In this document: positions 27,119 to 36,039 of the stretch, piece after piece | Position numbering within the stretch: position 1 is the first letter of the stretch | Layout: each line of letters starts with the position of its first letter | NCBI GenBank assembly: GCA_033851655.1 | Contig: JAWWOM010000146.1 | Location: 1 to 52,956, forward strand | From: Frankiales bacterium | Lineage (GTDB): Bacteria > Actinomycetota > Actinomycetes > JAWWOL01 | Reading direction: 5' to 3' | DNA: 52,956 nucleotides | Notes under the pieces: generated by a model | Told to the model about the DNA's origin: nothing | Seen by the model: the letters and a program-made list of their open reading frames with translations, nothing else | Databases searched by the model: none | Made by a program: the position numbers and the translations under genes

Positions 27119-28933
27119 ATCGCAGAGACTCTGTCCGGCGCCGCCGGCCTGACCGGGCACATCATCGTGTGCGGTCTCGACGGGATCGGGGTGACGATCG
27201 TCGACCAGCTGCACCGGGGCGGTCAGCAGGTCGTGGTCCTGACCGAGTTCGCGACCACGCTGCAGCTCACCTCCGTACGCGACTGGACGGCGGGCCTGGT
27301 GGGCCCCAGGGGCAGCCTCGAGCAGACGCTGGCCGCGGCCGGCATCACCACAGCCGCCGCCATTGTCTGCGTGGTGGCCACGGATCTGCGCAACGTCCAG
27401 ATCGCCTTGCAGGCCAGGCACATGAGCCCCGGCATCCGGGTCGTCTCCCAGCTCGGCAACACCGCCGTCCGCCGCGCGATGGCCGTCGACAACGGCCCGG
27501 GCGCTGTCATCGACGGCGCGACGCTCGCGGCGCCCTCCATCGTCGAGGCCTGCCTCGGCCGGCGCCTGCACGAGATGCAGGTCGGGTCGACGACCTTCGT
27601 CGCAGCGACCGTGCCCGTCGGGTCGGGGACCCTGCGCGCCGTCTTCGGCGACCTCGCGCCGGTGGCCGTCACCCGGCCGACGGTCGACGACTCGAGGCCA
27701 CAGGTGTTCGCCTGCCCGGGACGGGACTTCGTCACCCAGCCGGGCGACCTGGCCACGATGCTGGGCACTCCCGAAGAGCTGGCGGGCAGGGACATCGCGG
27801 TCGCTGCCGCCGCAAGGCACACCACGCTGCGCAAGCCCGGCTGGGCCGGAGGCTGGCTGAGCACCGTACGGGCCGCGCTCGGCGAGTTCGATCCGGGCCT
27901 CTACCGGGCGCTGGCCGGCCTGGTCGCCCTGGTGACCGTCTCCACGGTGTTGTTGTGGGTCGCTTACCGCAGGCCGGGCATGAGCCTGCTCGACTCCCTC
28001 TACTTCAGCGTCGAGACGGTATCGACGGTCGGGTACGGCGATTTCAGCTTCCTCGGGCAGACGTGGTGGCTGCGGATCTGGTCGATGATGCTCATGCTCT
28101 CGGGCATCAGCATCTTCGCCATCCTGATGGCCTACGTGGCGGACTTCCTCATCAGCAGGCGGCTGAACCACTCGCTCGGCCGGCGCAGGGCCAGGCGGAT
28201 GACCGGGCACGTCATCGTCGTGGGACTCGGCGCCTTCGGCCTGCAGGTCGCCTCGAGGCTGCTCGACGCCGGCAAGCAGGTGGTCGTCATCGAGCGCGAC
28301 GAGCGCAACCGCTTTCTCTCAGAGGCGGCCGCCCTCGACCTGCCGGTCATCTTCGGCGATGCGACGTCCTCGGCGACGTTGGACAGCGCCCGGCTGCGCG
28401 AAGCCGCGGCGATCGCGATCCTCACCAGCGACGACATGGTCAACATCGAGACCGGTATCGCGGTCAGGGACATGCTCGACGACCGCTGGACCGCAGGCTC
28501 GATCCCGGTGGTGATGCGGGTGTTCGACCAGTCGTTGTCCCGTACGATCGCTGCCCGGTTCGGGTTCGAGCACATCCAGTCGATCGAGGAGATCACCGCC
28601 CCCTGGTTCGTCGCGGCTGCTCTGGGGCTCGAGGTGCTCAGTGCCTTCTCCGTCGCGGGCCATCCGTTCACGGTCGGCAGGCTGAACATCGCTGCCGGTG
28701 GTGCCCTGGACGGCGTCGACATGCTCGGCCTGTCGGCGAACACCCGGGTGATCGCCCTGCACCGGTACGCGACCGGTGTGCTCGAGCATCCGCCGCGCAG
28801 GGGCACCCGGTTCAGCGCGGGCGACACGGCGTACATCATCGGGCCGAACGACGAGCTGATCGGTGTTCTTCGCCGCGCCACCAGCGCGGCCCTCGCCCCG
28901 TCGGCGGATTCCGGTCCCTCCCGCGCGGTATAG
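27119..28933 (+). CDS. K+ channel with TrkA/RCK domains on both sides of the pore
   Basis: GHIIVCGLDGIG, 2-TM pore with STVGYGD filter, GHVIVVGLGAFG..V, GDAT; start probably non-canonical (ATC 27119); first canonical start is GTG 27167. Confidence 0.85.
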   Translation: MAETLSGAAGLTGHIIVCGLDGIGVTIVDQLHRGGQQVVVLTEFATTLQLTSVRDWTAGLVGPRGSLEQTLAAAGITTAAAIVCVVATDLRNVQIALQARHMSPGIRVVSQLGNTAVRRAMAVDNGPGAVIDGATLAAPSIVEACLGRRLHEMQVGSTTFVAATVPVGSGTLRAVFGDLAPVAVTRPTVDDSRPQVFACPGRDFVTQPGDLATMLGTPEELAGRDIAVAAAARHTTLRKPGWAGGWLSTVRAALGEFDPGLYRALAGLVALVTVSTVLLWVAYRRPGMSLLDSLYFSVETVSTVGYGDFSFLGQTWWLRIWSMMLMLSGISIFAILMAYVADFLISRRLNHSLGRRRARRMTGHVIVVGLGAFGLQVASRLLDAGKQVVVIERDERNRFLSEAAALDLPVIFGDATSSATLDSARLREAAAIAILTSDDMVNIETGIAVRDMLDDRWTAGSIPVVMRVFDQSLSRTIAARFGFEHIQSIEEITAPWFVAAALGLEVLSAFSVAGHPFTVGRLNIAAGGALDGVDMLGLSANTRVIALHRYATGVLEHPPRRGTRFSAGDTAYIIGPNDELIGVLRRATSAALAPSADSGPSRAV

Positions 28934-29006
28934 GCTGCAAGCTGTTTCCATCCCGGTGGCGGCCGGCGTCAAGCAGAGGCGCCCCCTGGCTGTTCGGACG
29001 GTGACC

Positions 29007-29777
29007 ATGACCGATTCTGCCGGCGATGAGGAACTCGTCGCTGCGACCGCGGACCTGCCACGACCGGCGCCGACGGACCCGATCGAGGCCTTCGCGGCGC
29101 TGGGGCTGCTGCGGCTGAGCGAGAACGACCTGCGGCAGGTGCTCTCCCGCATCGCCGAGCTGGCGAAGGTCGCGATCCCCGGTGCCGCCGAGGTTTCGGT
29201 GACGCTGGTCTCCGGGACCGGAGCCGGCACGCCAGCCTTCACCGGCGCTGCCGCCAAGGCGATGGACGAGAGCCAGTACGGCGAGGGGCGAGGACCCTGC
29301 CTGGACGCCGCAGCGCGGCCCGGCAGTGTCGTCTCCATGCCTCGCGCTGCGACGGACACCCGCTATCCGCTGTTCGCCGCCACCGCTGCCAGGGCGGGCG
29401 TCGGCAGCTCGTTGTCGGTGGGCATCCAGGTTGTCCCGCGGCTGACCGGTGCATTGAACGTCTACGCCCACAAGACCGAGGCATTCGGCGACGAGGCAGT
29501 CGAGCTGGCCGTGACGTTTGCCAACTATGCCGCCGTCGCACTCGCCAATGCGCACCTGTACGAGACCACGTCGGCACTGGCCGGGCAGATGGCCGAGGCG
29601 ATGTCCTCGCGCGCCGTGATCGAGCAGGCCAAGGGGGTTCTCATGGCACAACAGGGTGTCGACGCCGACGAGGCGTTTGCGATCCTCTCGCGTGCCTCCC
29701 AGGTCTCGAACCGCAAGCTGCGCGACATCGCCCAGGGGATCGTGCTTGGTGCCCGGCGCGAGCCTGGATCCCCGTAA
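29007..29777 (+). CDS. GAF + ANTAR domain protein
   Basis: DESQY..GRGPCLDA, GALNVYA, SRAVIEQAKGVLM...AF.IL.RASQ..NRKLRDIA. Confidence 0.92.
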   Translation: MTDSAGDEELVAATADLPRPAPTDPIEAFAALGLLRLSENDLRQVLSRIAELAKVAIPGAAEVSVTLVSGTGAGTPAFTGAAAKAMDESQYGEGRGPCLDAAARPGSVVSMPRAATDTRYPLFAATAARAGVGSSLSVGIQVVPRLTGALNVYAHKTEAFGDEAVELAVTFANYAAVALANAHLYETTSALAGQMAEAMSSRAVIEQAKGVLMAQQGVDADEAFAILSRASQVSNRKLRDIAQGIVLGARREPGSP

Positions 29778-29883
29778 GCGCAGGCAAAACCTCGGCAATT
29801 CTTGGTGCAGGAGCCTTCCGCTAGTACGGTCTGCTTCGGGTTGAGCAGCCAGCCCTCAGGAGCTATCACTGCGAGAGCCGGGC

Positions 29884-31251
29884 ATGACGTGGTCAGTCGG
29901 CCTGCGCTGGTTCGGAGTTAGAGATGCTGCACCTGTCGGTCCCGTGCTGACTTTCGACAACGCTTCGGCAGACGTTCAGGAAACGTTGCGTGAGACCGAC
30001 GAGCAGGCGCTCCGCGACCTGGTGGGGCTGGCCGTCGAAGGCATACGTGGTTGTGACTCGGCAACGATCAGCCTGCTGGTCGACGGCGAGGTCGCCACAG
30101 TGGCGGCCACGTCCAACGATGCAACCGAGGTGGACCTCGCGCAGTACCGGGTCGGTGACGGTCCGTGCCTGACGGCCATCAGGCAGGGCCAGTCCGTCGT
30201 GGTGGATGACTTCGCCCTGGACGGCCGGTGGGTCGGCGTGGCGGCGGAAGCGTGCGGGTTCGGCATCCGCAGCTCGCTGTCCCTCCCGCTCCTTGCCGGG
30301 GCCTCGGTGGTCGGCGGGCTCAACCTCTACGGGCGAGGTGTCGCGGCATTCGACCAGGAATCGCGCCGGGTCGCCGCCGCCATCAGCCGGCAGAGCGCCA
30401 TCGCGCTGCTGTATCTCGGCCAGCTCCGCCAGGAGCGGGCCGCCCGGGCCGTCGAACATCGGATCGCTGAGACCCTCCAGCGCGGACTGCTGCCGCAGCT
30501 CCCTGACCTGCCAGGCATCACCTGTGCCGCGCGGTACGTGGTCAGCGCGCAGGACACCCAGGTCGGCGGTGACTGGTACGACGTGTTCGGCCTGCCCGGA
30601 GGCGCCATCGGCATCGCCGTGGGAGACGTCATGGGCCATGACGTGGTTGCCGCGGCCGCGATGGGACAGCTGCGCAGCGTCCTGCGTTGCTATGCGTACG
30701 AAGGTTCGACGCCATCGGTGGTGCTCGACCGGATGGACCGACTGGTCCAGAGCTTCCAGATGGCCCAGCTGGCCACGGCGATCTACGCCCGGCTCGTCCT
30801 CGACAGCGCCGGTGGCCTGCTGATGTTCTCCAACGCCGGGCACCTCCCCCCGCTCCTGCGACTGCCGGACGCGACGGTGCGCAGGCTGGAGGGCGCCCCG
30901 TCCCGGCTCATCGGGGCGCCGATCGAGGCGATGAACCAGCGGTCGGAAGCCGCCGCCTCGCTGCCTTTCGGTTCCCAGCTGGTGCTCTTCACCGACGGTC
31001 TGGTCGAGAGCCGCTGCGTCGACGTCGATCAAGGCATCGCGAACCTGGCGGACATCCTCAGGACGCATCCCGACGCGCACGACCCGGAGCTGCTGGCGGA
31101 AGCCATCACCAGCAGGATGGTCGGGCCGTCGCCGGAGGACGACGTCGCGCTGCTGGTGATCCGGATCGACGGCCCGATCCGGTGCCCGGCCGGCCGCCGG
31201 CTCGGGGATCGCAGAGCGGCCGGAGACGGGAGGCTTGCCGTGACGGCCTGA
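29884..31251 (+). CDS. GAF + SpoIIE/RsbU-type PP2C phosphatase
   Basis: AQY..GDGPCL, LQRGLLP, VGGDWYD, GDVMGH, NAGHLPP, FTDGLVE, EDDVALL; start uncertain. Confidence 0.9.
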   Translation: MTWSVGLRWFGVRDAAPVGPVLTFDNASADVQETLRETDEQALRDLVGLAVEGIRGCDSATISLLVDGEVATVAATSNDATEVDLAQYRVGDGPCLTAIRQGQSVVVDDFALDGRWVGVAAEACGFGIRSSLSLPLLAGASVVGGLNLYGRGVAAFDQESRRVAAAISRQSAIALLYLGQLRQERAARAVEHRIAETLQRGLLPQLPDLPGITCAARYVVSAQDTQVGGDWYDVFGLPGGAIGIAVGDVMGHDVVAAAAMGQLRSVLRCYAYEGSTPSVVLDRMDRLVQSFQMAQLATAIYARLVLDSAGGLLMFSNAGHLPPLLRLPDATVRRLEGAPSRLIGAPIEAMNQRSEAAASLPFGSQLVLFTDGLVESRCVDVDQGIANLADILRTHPDAHDPELLAEAITSRMVGPSPEDDVALLVIRIDGPIRCPAGRRLGDRRAAGDGRLAVTA

Positions 31252-31268
31252 CAACGTGCTGTCCCGGT

Positions 31269-31293
31269 GTTTTCGCAGGGCCGGCAGGGGCAT
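31269..31293 (+). promoter_or_regulatory. SigB/SigF-type promoter of the MarR gene
   Basis: GTTT-N15-GGGCAT, ATG 31304 10 nt downstream. Confidence 0.6.
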
Positions 31294-31303
31294 CGGCCCC
31301 GAC

Positions 31304-31744
31304 ATGGCCACCGAGCCCGCCGACTCGCGCCGGACGGCCTGGGATGCACTCGTGCGCGCGCAGGCGCTGGTGCTGCCCCAGGTTCACCGGGTTCTGCGCG
31401 GCAGTCACGGGCTGTCGCTGTCCGAGTTCATCGTGCTCAAGTGCATCGGCGCCACCGGGACAGCGACGATGACCGAGCTGCAGGAACAGGCGTCCCTGAG
31501 TGCCGCGGGCATCACGCGCGTTGTCAGTGGCCTGGTAGCGCAGGGCATGGTGTCGCGTACGCGTGGTGAGCAGGACCTCCGGCTGTGGCATGCGCAGGTG
31601 ACGCCGGCCGGGCGCCGCCGGCTCTCTGCCGCCTCCGCGACCCTCGACCAGGAACTGGGGCGGTTGTTCGGCGGACAGCACAACGAGGACGAACTTGCCG
31701 TAGCAGCAAGGGTTCTGCAGAACCTGTGCAACGCGGTGCCGTGA
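31304..31744 (+). CDS. MarR-family transcriptional regulator
   Basis: GLSLSEF.VL, MTEL....LSAAGITR.V..L...G.V.R....D.R......T..GR. Confidence 0.85.
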   Translation: MATEPADSRRTAWDALVRAQALVLPQVHRVLRGSHGLSLSEFIVLKCIGATGTATMTELQEQASLSAAGITRVVSGLVAQGMVSRTRGEQDLRLWHAQVTPAGRRRLSAASATLDQELGRLFGGQHNEDELAVAARVLQNLCNAVP

Positions 31745-31823
31745 CCGGGCTGCTCTGAGTCGCGGGGCTGGTTGCCGAAAGGTGAGGCCTTCCTGTTCCC
31801 GCACCACTTGAGCGCTGAAGTGT

Positions 31824-31848
31824 GTTTCCGGTCCCCGCCGTCGGGAAG
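31824..31848 (+). promoter_or_regulatory. SigB/SigF-type promoter of the heptose operon
   Basis: GTTT-N15-GGGAAG upstream of the GGAGG RBS and GTG 31890. Confidence 0.55.
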
Positions 31849-31889
31849 TCCCGCCGCCGTCAGTCGTCTTGCAGCCCGCCGGAGGTTCC

Positions 31890-33533
31890 GTGCGCGTCCT
31901 CGGCATCAACGCACTGTTCCACGATCCGGCCGCCGCGCTGGTCGTGGACGGCCACATCGTCTGCGCTGCAGAGGAAGAGCGTTTCAGTCGGCGCAAGCAC
32001 GGAAAGCGACCGGTGCCGTTCGCAGCGTGGGAGCTGCCGGAGCTGGCTGCGAGCTGGTGCCTGCGTGAGGCCGGACTGACGCCGGCGGACCTCGACGCCG
32101 TCGCCTATTCCTTCGACCCGGCGCTTGCCCGGTCGGCCGAGGACCTGGGGCTGCGCGACCCGTGGGACCACCTGCGGTTGACCTACGCCGAAAAGGCCGC
32201 GGGCTTCCTCGCCACCGCGCTGCCCGGTCTCGATCCGGGCATCGTTCGCTTCGTCCCCCACCACGTCGCCCATGCCGCATCGGCTGGTCCCGCCTCGCCA
32301 CACCCGGTCTCGAGCGTCCTCGTCCTCGACGGGCGCGGCGAGTCGGCCAGCCATCTCGCCGGCAGGTACGAGGACGGCCGGCTCCAGGTGCTGGCGAGCC
32401 AGCAGCTGCCGCACTCCCTCGGCCTGCTGTACGAGGAGGTGACCGAGCACCTCGGCTTCCTGCGCAGCTCCGACGAGTTCAAGGTGATGGCGCTCGCCAG
32501 CTATGGCCAGCCGCGTTTTCTCGGCGAGCTCCGGGAGGCTGTCTACGCCACCGGCGATGGCGGCTTCCACACCGACCCGATCGAGTGGTCGGCCCTGGTC
32601 AAGCAGCTCCGCCCCGGCGGCGAGTGGACGCAGGACCATGCCGACCTCGCGGCCAGTGTCCAGCAGCGGCTGGAGGAGGTCTTGCTCGAGCTCGTCCACT
32701 GGCTGCACGAGCAGACGCGCGACACCGTCCTGACCATGGCGGGTGGCGTGGCGCTCAACTGCGTGGCCAACTCGCGGATCTTCACCGATGGGCCGTTCGA
32801 CGACGTATGGGTCCAGCCGGCTGCCGGGGATGCCGGGACCGCGCTGGGCGGCGCGCTGCACGTGGCGGCGGCCGGGGGCGATGCCACGTCGCCCATGGTC
32901 GGTGCGGACCTGGGCAGGAGCTGGACCGACGACGAGATCGCCGCCTGGCTGACGACGGCCGCCATTGCTTTCGAACGCCCGGCGGACGTCGCGGACGCGG
33001 TCGCGGCGACGCTCGCCGACAACGGCATCGTCGCCTGGTTCCAGGGCCGTAGCGAGTTCGGACCGCGCGCGCTCGGCCACCGGTCGCTGCTGGCGCATCC
33101 TGGCTACGAGCGCAACCTCGAGCGCCTCAACGACGTGAAGGGCCGCGAACAGTTCCGTCCGGTCGCGCCGATGGTGCTGGCGGAGCGGGCGGCCGAACTC
33201 TTCGGCCGGGGCCCGCTGCCGTCCCCGTACATGCTCTTCGTGCACGATGTCGCACCGCTGTGGCGGGACCGGATCCCGACGGTCGTGCACGTGGACCGCA
33301 CGGCCCGCGCGCAGACGGTGGACCGTCGTGACGAGCCGCTGGTGGCGCGGATGCTGGACTGCTTCGAGCGCCGCACCGGCCTACCGCTGGTGGTCAACAC
33401 GAGCCTCAACACGGCCGGCCGCCCGATGGTGGATGACCCCCGGGATGCCCTGGAGTGCTTCGGTTCTGCACCCGTTGACCTGCTTGCGATCGGTCCGTTC
33501 GTCGTACGCCGGCCGGTTCGGGTGTCCGGATGA
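31890..33533 (+). CDS. NodU/CmcH-family O-carbamoyltransferase
   Basis: HDPAAAL, EEERFSRRKH, HHVAHAASA, DGRGE, AGGVALNCVAN, EFGPRALGHRS, NTSLN. Confidence 0.95.
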   Translation: MRVLGINALFHDPAAALVVDGHIVCAAEEERFSRRKHGKRPVPFAAWELPELAASWCLREAGLTPADLDAVAYSFDPALARSAEDLGLRDPWDHLRLTYAEKAAGFLATALPGLDPGIVRFVPHHVAHAASAGPASPHPVSSVLVLDGRGESASHLAGRYEDGRLQVLASQQLPHSLGLLYEEVTEHLGFLRSSDEFKVMALASYGQPRFLGELREAVYATGDGGFHTDPIEWSALVKQLRPGGEWTQDHADLAASVQQRLEEVLLELVHWLHEQTRDTVLTMAGGVALNCVANSRIFTDGPFDDVWVQPAAGDAGTALGGALHVAAAGGDATSPMVGADLGRSWTDDEIAAWLTTAAIAFERPADVADAVAATLADNGIVAWFQGRSEFGPRALGHRSLLAHPGYERNLERLNDVKGREQFRPVAPMVLAERAAELFGRGPLPSPYMLFVHDVAPLWRDRIPTVVHVDRTARAQTVDRRDEPLVARMLDCFERRTGLPLVVNTSLNTAGRPMVDDPRDALECFGSAPVDLLAIGPFVVRRPVRVSG

Positions 33534-35029
33534 GCTCAGACCTCGCCCAGGTGACGATCGTCATCCCGACGCTCGGTCGGCCGAGTCTGACGGCGCTGCT
33601 GGACAGCCTGTCGGCCTGCCCGGGTCCGTCAGTGGCGGAGATTGTCGTCGTCGACGACCGGGTGGGCGGAGGCCCGCTGATCGCCGGGGCTGTCGGTGAC
33701 GCACCGGTACGGCTGCTGCGCTCCGGCGGACGGGGTCCCGCAGCTGCCCGCAACCTGGGCTGGCGGAGCGCCCGTACCGACTGGATCGCCTTCCTGGACG
33801 ACGATGTCGTCGCCTCCCCCGACTGGGCCGGCAGGCTGGCGGACGACCTGGTCGGGCTGACTCCCGACGTCGGGGGCAGTCAGGGTCGCGTCCTGGTCCC
33901 GATGCGGCTCGGACGCAGGCCCACCGACTGGGAGCGGTCGACCGCCGGGCTGTCCACCGCCCGATGGATCACCGCGGACATGGTCTACCGCCGTTCCGTG
34001 CTGCAGAGGGTGGGCGGGTTCGACGAGCGCTTCCCCCGCGCGTACCGCGAGGACGCCGATCTGGCGTTGCGGGTGCTGCGTTCGGGGGCTCGGCTGGTGC
34101 CGGGGGACCGGAGCATCGTGCACCCGGTCCGGCCGGTGGACCGCTGGGTCAGCCTGCGCACGCAGGCCGGCAATGCCGACGACGTGCTGATGGCCAAGCT
34201 GCACGGCAGGGGCTGGCGGCAGGCTGCCGGTGCCCCCCGGGGCAGACGAGCACGGCACTTCGCCGTGACGGCCTCGCTGCTCGGAGCCCTCGCCGCCCTC
34301 TCGGTGCGCCGCCGTCGGCTTGTGGCCGTCGCGACCGCCGCCTACCTCGCCGGCACGGCCGAGCTGGCGGCTGCCCGGATCTCGCCGGGGCCGCGCGACA
34401 GCCGCGAGGTCACCACGATGCTGACGACCAGCGCAATGATCCCGCCACTGGCGGTCTGGCACACCCTCCGCGGCCTGGTACGGCACCGGGGGGTGCAAGC
34501 CTGGCGCCCGCTACCCGACGCGGTGCTCTTCGACCGGGACGGCACGCTGATCGTCGATGTGCCCTACAACGGCGATCCCGACCTGGTCACGCCGGTGCCG
34601 GGCGCACGTTCGGCGCTGGACCGGTTGCGCTCGGCCGGCCTGGCGCTCGGCGTGGTCACGAACCAGTCAGGCATCGCCAGGGGCCTGCTCTCCGAGGAGG
34701 ACGTGCGTGCGGTGAACGACCGGGTCGAACGGCTCCTCGGCCCGTTCGACAACTGGCAGGTGTGCCCACATGACCTCGAGGCCGGCTGCACCTGCCGCAA
34801 ACCCGCACCTGGCATGGTCCGGCGGGCGTGCGCCGAGCTCGGCGTCCAGCCCGCCCGCACGGTGCTCGTCGGTGACATCGGATCGGACCTCGAGGCTGCC
34901 GAGTCTGCCGGCGCTGCAGGCATTCTCGTCCCCACCGGTGCCACCCTCGCCGACGAGGTGTCCACAGCCCGGGTCCGCGTCGACGACCTTGCCGGCGCCG
35001 CCGAGGCGATCCTCGGGGGTGCCTGGTGA
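33530..35029 (+). CDS. gmhB: GT2 glycosyltransferase fused to GmhB-type heptose-bisphosphate phosphatase (HAD-IIIA)
   Basis: N-terminal VIPT.GR, GPAAARN.G, FLDDD, GGFDERF...REDADL; C-terminal FDRDGTL, VTNQSG, CPH...C.CRKP.PG, GDIGSD. Confidence 0.9.
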   Translation: MSSDLAQVTIVIPTLGRPSLTALLDSLSACPGPSVAEIVVVDDRVGGGPLIAGAVGDAPVRLLRSGGRGPAAARNLGWRSARTDWIAFLDDDVVASPDWAGRLADDLVGLTPDVGGSQGRVLVPMRLGRRPTDWERSTAGLSTARWITADMVYRRSVLQRVGGFDERFPRAYREDADLALRVLRSGARLVPGDRSIVHPVRPVDRWVSLRTQAGNADDVLMAKLHGRGWRQAAGAPRGRRARHFAVTASLLGALAALSVRRRRLVAVATAAYLAGTAELAAARISPGPRDSREVTTMLTTSAMIPPLAVWHTLRGLVRHRGVQAWRPLPDAVLFDRDGTLIVDVPYNGDPDLVTPVPGARSALDRLRSAGLALGVVTNQSGIARGLLSEEDVRAVNDRVERLLGPFDNWQVCPHDLEAGCTCRKPAPGMVRRACAELGVQPARTVLVGDIGSDLEAAESAGAAGILVPTGATLADEVSTARVRVDDLAGAAEAILGGAW

Positions 35030-36039
35030 GCCGGCGGGTGCTCTGCGTCCGGCTGGACAACGCCGGTGACGTGTTGCTGACCGGGCCGGCAGTACGGGCG
35101 GTTGCGGCTGGCGGAGGCGAGATCACGGCGCTGGTCGGCCCGGCGGGGGAGGCGGCTGCGCGGCTCCTGCCGGGGGTCGAGCGGGTCGTGGTCTGGCGCT
35201 GCCCGTGGATCGACGCGGAACCACGGCCCGTCGACTCGGCCGGGACCCGTCGACTGGTCGACACCCTGGCCGGGCTCGGGTTCGCCGAGGCGGTGATCTT
35301 CACCTCCTTCCACCAGTCCGCCCTGCCCACGGCTCTCCTGCTGCGGATGGCCGGCATCGGCCGGATATCGGCGATCAGCGAGGACTACCCCGGCACCCTG
35401 CTGGACGTACGTCACCTGGTCGACGGGGATCGCCCCGAGCCGGAGCGTGCCCTGTCCCTGGCGGCCGCCGCTGGCCACCCGCTGCCACCGGGGGACGACG
35501 GCCGGCTGCGGGTGCGCGAGCCGTTGCCGGATGTCGGCTCCCTGGTCGGGGCGGCTCCCTATGTCGTGCTGCACCCGGGCGCCTCGGCCCCGTCCCGTAC
35601 CTGGCCCGAGATCCGTTGCCGGGAAGCAGTTCTCGCCCTGTCCGACGAGGGCTGGCAGGTCGCGGTCACGGGCAGCCGCACCGAGCGCCAGCTGACCCGG
35701 CGGGTGGCCGGCGCCGAGGGCATCGACCTCGGCGGCCTGACCGACCTGGCCGGCGCCGCAGCAGTGATCGCGGGTGCGCGCGCTACCGTCGTCGGCAACA
35801 CCGGGCCGGCGCACCTCAGTGCAGCCGTTGCGACGCCGGTGGTCTCCCTGTTCGCACCGACGGTGCCGGCCGCGCGCTGGGCCCCGTACGGTGTCCCCGT
35901 CGTCCTGCTGGGGGACCAGCATGCGCCCTGCAGGGACACGCGCTCCCGGACCTGCGTCGTACCAGGGCATCCGTGCCTGATGTCGGTCTCAGCCCAGGAC
36001 GTCGTCGCGGCGGTGCGACAGCTTGCGGGGGCACCATGA
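35026..36039 (+). CDS. GT9 (heptosyltransferase-type) glycosyltransferase
   Basis: VRLDNAGDVLL..PA, LHPGAS.P.R.WP, GNTGPAHL.AA..TP. Confidence 0.9.
   Translation: MSRRVLCVRLDNAGDVLLTGPAVRAVAAGGGEITALVGPAGEAAARLLPGVERVVVWRCPWIDAEPRPVDSAGTRRLVDTLAGLGFAEAVIFTSFHQSALPTALLLRMAGIGRISAISEDYPGTLLDVRHLVDGDRPEPERALSLAAAAGHPLPPGDDGRLRVREPLPDVGSLVGAAPYVVLHPGASAPSRTWPEIRCREAVLALSDEGWQVAVTGSRTERQLTRRVAGAEGIDLGGLTDLAGAAAVIAGARATVVGNTGPAHLSAAVATPVVSLFAPTVPAARWAPYGVPVVLLGDQHAPCRDTRSRTCVVPGHPCLMSVSAQDVVAAVRQLAGAP

Noticed and set aside
24779-28210. 1143-aa minus-strand ORF
   Set aside because: Antisense shadow of GSIII and the K+ channel; no motifs; expected where high GC3 removes stops.
29778-29883. ANTAR target dual hairpin
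   Set aside because: I could not identify two hexaloop stems convincingly by eye; needs a covariance search.
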